Source of the DNA: Octopus bimaculoides
Taxonomy: Eukaryota
Assembly (NCBI RefSeq): GCF_001194135.2
Contig: NC_068982.1
Coordinates: 60,751,993-60,814,652 of the forward strand
Direction: 5' to 3'
DNA length: 62,660 bases
Every line of letters starts with the position of its first letter. Within the stretch, counting starts at the first letter, position 1. Made by a program: the position numbers and the translations under genes. The notes under the pieces were generated by a model. The model made no database searches. It was not told where the DNA came from and saw only the letters and a list, made by a program, of their open reading frames with translations. Positions 60,187 to 62,660 of this stretch are shown here, one piece after another.

Positions 60187-60404
60187 CTGACTAACCAGTC
60201 AGCCATAAATTGGAACTGGCATTTTAGATTGAGCAAAACTGTGTACGTCATATCTTGGAGAAGTGCTGATAACAGTCTGAACTAAGGAATATGCAATCTA
60301 AAAAATCAGAGACTATGTTTTATAACACTTTAAAAAATACAGAAATATTTGTGGATGAGTAAACACTCAGGATTCTGAGGCCATAAAATTGTCTGAAAGA
60401 TGCC

Positions 60405-61030
60405 AGCAAGGCTGTGCAATAAGAAGTTTGCTTCCCAACCACATGATCCTGGGTTCAGTTGTATTGCATAGCATACTGGGCAAATGTCTTCTACTATAGC
60501 CTCAGACTGACCAAAGAGTTATGAGTGGATTTGACAGAGAGAAACTGAAAGAAGCCCATTGTATATATGTATGTCTTCACGTCTGTGTTTGTGCACCATC
60601 ACAACTTGACAACTGGTGCCGGTGTGTTTACATCCCTGTAACTTAGTGGTTCAACAAAAGAGACTGATAGGATAAGTACCAGGATTAAAAAAACAGAAAA
60701 AACACTGGAGTTAATTTGTTTGACTATGTCTTTTTCTCCCATCAGAGCTTGCTAGGCTTCCACCACATCTACTCATGCATTCCAGTCCAACTTGTCTCTC
60801 TCTCTTCCTTTTTTATCACTCTTGTTGTGTCTCCCACCCCAACCCCTGGAGCTGCACTAGACACTATGCACTGTTCTTCCTTTGAAGGATTGTTAGTCCT
60901 TTGGAAATCTCTCTTTGCTTATATCATCCCAGCAGGCATTGACTTGCTATTTTTTCAAACCTCTGAGGACTTACAAAGTGCTGCATCATGGCCACAGTCT
61001 AATGACCAAAACAAGTAAAAGCGAAAAGAT
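60405..61030 (+). mobile_element. SINE family A with a ~255-bp unclassified insertion in its tail
   Basis: Head 60405-60560, body to 60725; tail resumes gtgctgcatcatggccacagtc at about 60979. Confidence 0.8.
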
Positions 61031-61849
61031 GTATTTAAAACAAAAAACAATAAAGAACTTGCGAAAAAAGAAACAGAATACAAAGAGAAAACGGTCAACT
61101 TTTGAAACAGCTGTCATGGGTAAAACAAAGGTAGTTTCTTGGGTCTGTCTCTGTTTTTGTAGTATATGCCATCATTCTGTAGGGTCCCACACTCTAAAGC
61201 ATGTAATTTACATTGAAAAAAATTATTTATAAATTACTCAGTCAGTTCTTAATTCTCTGTAAGTTAGAGGTTTACATGTGAATCAATTGTTTTCATATTA
61301 AAACAAAAATCAGAAAAATAGAAGACTCAAGCATATATGTTCTATGCGTCCGCTGTACTATTCATATTAATTTCGTTACTAAATAGAACACTGTAAAGCA
61401 AGTAGAGTACTCAGTTTTTTTTAATTTTTATTTTTTTAAACAGCACAATAATATGAAATGAATTATCAATATATTATCAATTAGATATGAATTTTAGATC
61501 TCTTAAGATAACTTTTATATATTCTAAAGAAAAGAGAATTGGTTTATTGAAGAGAAAAAAGCAACAATGTCTGTTTATTTGCAGAGATAACAAAATATTT
61601 TACAGTTTTTATAGCTTTTTTGTTGTTGGCTAATATTTTAAAAATATTTCTTTTTAATCTGTGTGTTTTAGCAATTTTGAGCCATTTTACAGAATTTAGC
61701 CATTCTACAATAAATAATTACATCCGTATATACATCTATTAGTTTGCTGTTATTTTTCTTGTTTGTTTGTTAGTTTTGCTGCATGATGTTAAACACAGTA
61801 CATTAGAGATTTCCTCTATCAATTTTCAATTGCTGTTTTTTTTTTCTTA

Positions 61850-62052
61850 CCACCACCACCACCACCACCACCACTATTACTACTACCATGCCACTATAAT
61901 GGTGCTTGATGATGATAATGATGATGATGATTGTGATAATGGAGATGATAATAATGACAGTGACGGGGAGTGGTAATAATGACAATGCTGATAATGAAGG
62001 TGATGATGATAATGATGATGATGATGATGATGATGGTAACAATGATGATGAT
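61850..62052. repeat. (CAC)n/(TAC)n/(GAT)n degenerate trinucleotide complex
   Basis: Direct reading. Confidence 0.9.
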
Positions 62053-62534
62053 TAAGATGATAGTGCCCAAAGCTTATAATATTCTTTGCTAACTCACCCA
62101 TGAGATCAATTCTCAGCTCTCACATAAAGAAACAGCCTTGTAGATATTTTTGACAACTAAAACAATTGGAGCAGTAAAAAAAATCTAAATGAAGACAAGT
62201 ATTTTATGCTATTATTCTTTTGTTCATACTATTTATTTATTGTCAGATTAATACCAGTTTTGAGAATTACTTTGTCTTAAGGCAAGTATCTAGAGAAAAA
62301 CACTTTATTCTAGCTTGCTTTACTTCATATAAGATTATTTGACATATTACTGACAGTATTATTATAACATACATATAAACACATACATATATTACATACA
62401 CTTGCACACACACTTATCCAACATTAATAAGTAGTATATCGGAGATTAAGAATCAACATTCTTATTATAGCTGCTGTTACATTACTGTTTCAAATCTCAG
62501 GGTTTCTGTCATATTCAACTCATATCATTTTCCT

Positions 62535-62576
62535 ATGTATGTATATATATATATATACATGTGTGTGTGTGTGTGC

Positions 62577-62622
<46 letters not shown>

Positions 62623-62660
62623 CCATACATATACATATGTAAATACTTATATATATAAGT
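62535..62660. repeat. (TA)n/(GT)n microsatellite complex
   Basis: Direct reading. Confidence 0.9.

Noticed and set aside
1-62660. CRISPR array, rRNA, snRNA, telomeric array, prokaryotic operon or defence system
   Set aside because: No regularly spaced direct repeats, no conserved RNA-gene signatures and no gene-dense coding structure; the DNA is eukaryotic and repeat-dominated.

Overview
This is AT-rich, microsatellite-dense eukaryotic genomic DNA from a short-read scaffold, with 9 N-gaps totalling about 3.35 kb. The repeat content points to a coleoid cephalopod, most likely Octopus (inference): tRNA-headed SINEs, RTE LINEs with the octopus-type Cys-rich insert, Penelope-like elements and mariners. 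I recognise no host protein-coding gene, rRNA, tRNA or CRISPR array. The long ORFs in the track are artefacts of N-runs and microsatellites, or decayed transposon frames. The window reads as intergenic DNA or the inside of a very long intron. It is filled with >40 SINE copies and remnants of RTE, L2/CR1-like, R4/Dong and Penelope-like retroelements, plus one full-length dead mariner and several MITEs. The most interesting signal is structural: several independent local inverted duplications sit at SINE junctions. These are a ~440-bp fold-back palindrome centred on a SINE-tail palindrome (41.4-41.8 kb), a 38-bp inverted templated insert (26.0/26.7 kb), and a 36-bp exact inverted duplicate bracketing a probable 3.6-kb inversion with a further 31-bp fold-back beside it (56.4-60.0 kb). 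There is also a 5'-inverted Penelope element and an unexplained 126-nt hairpin. I do not see evidence for a new protein-based system. The best candidate novelty is a recurrent template-switch/fold-back mutational process acting at retroelement ends. SINE family labels A-F are my own working names.
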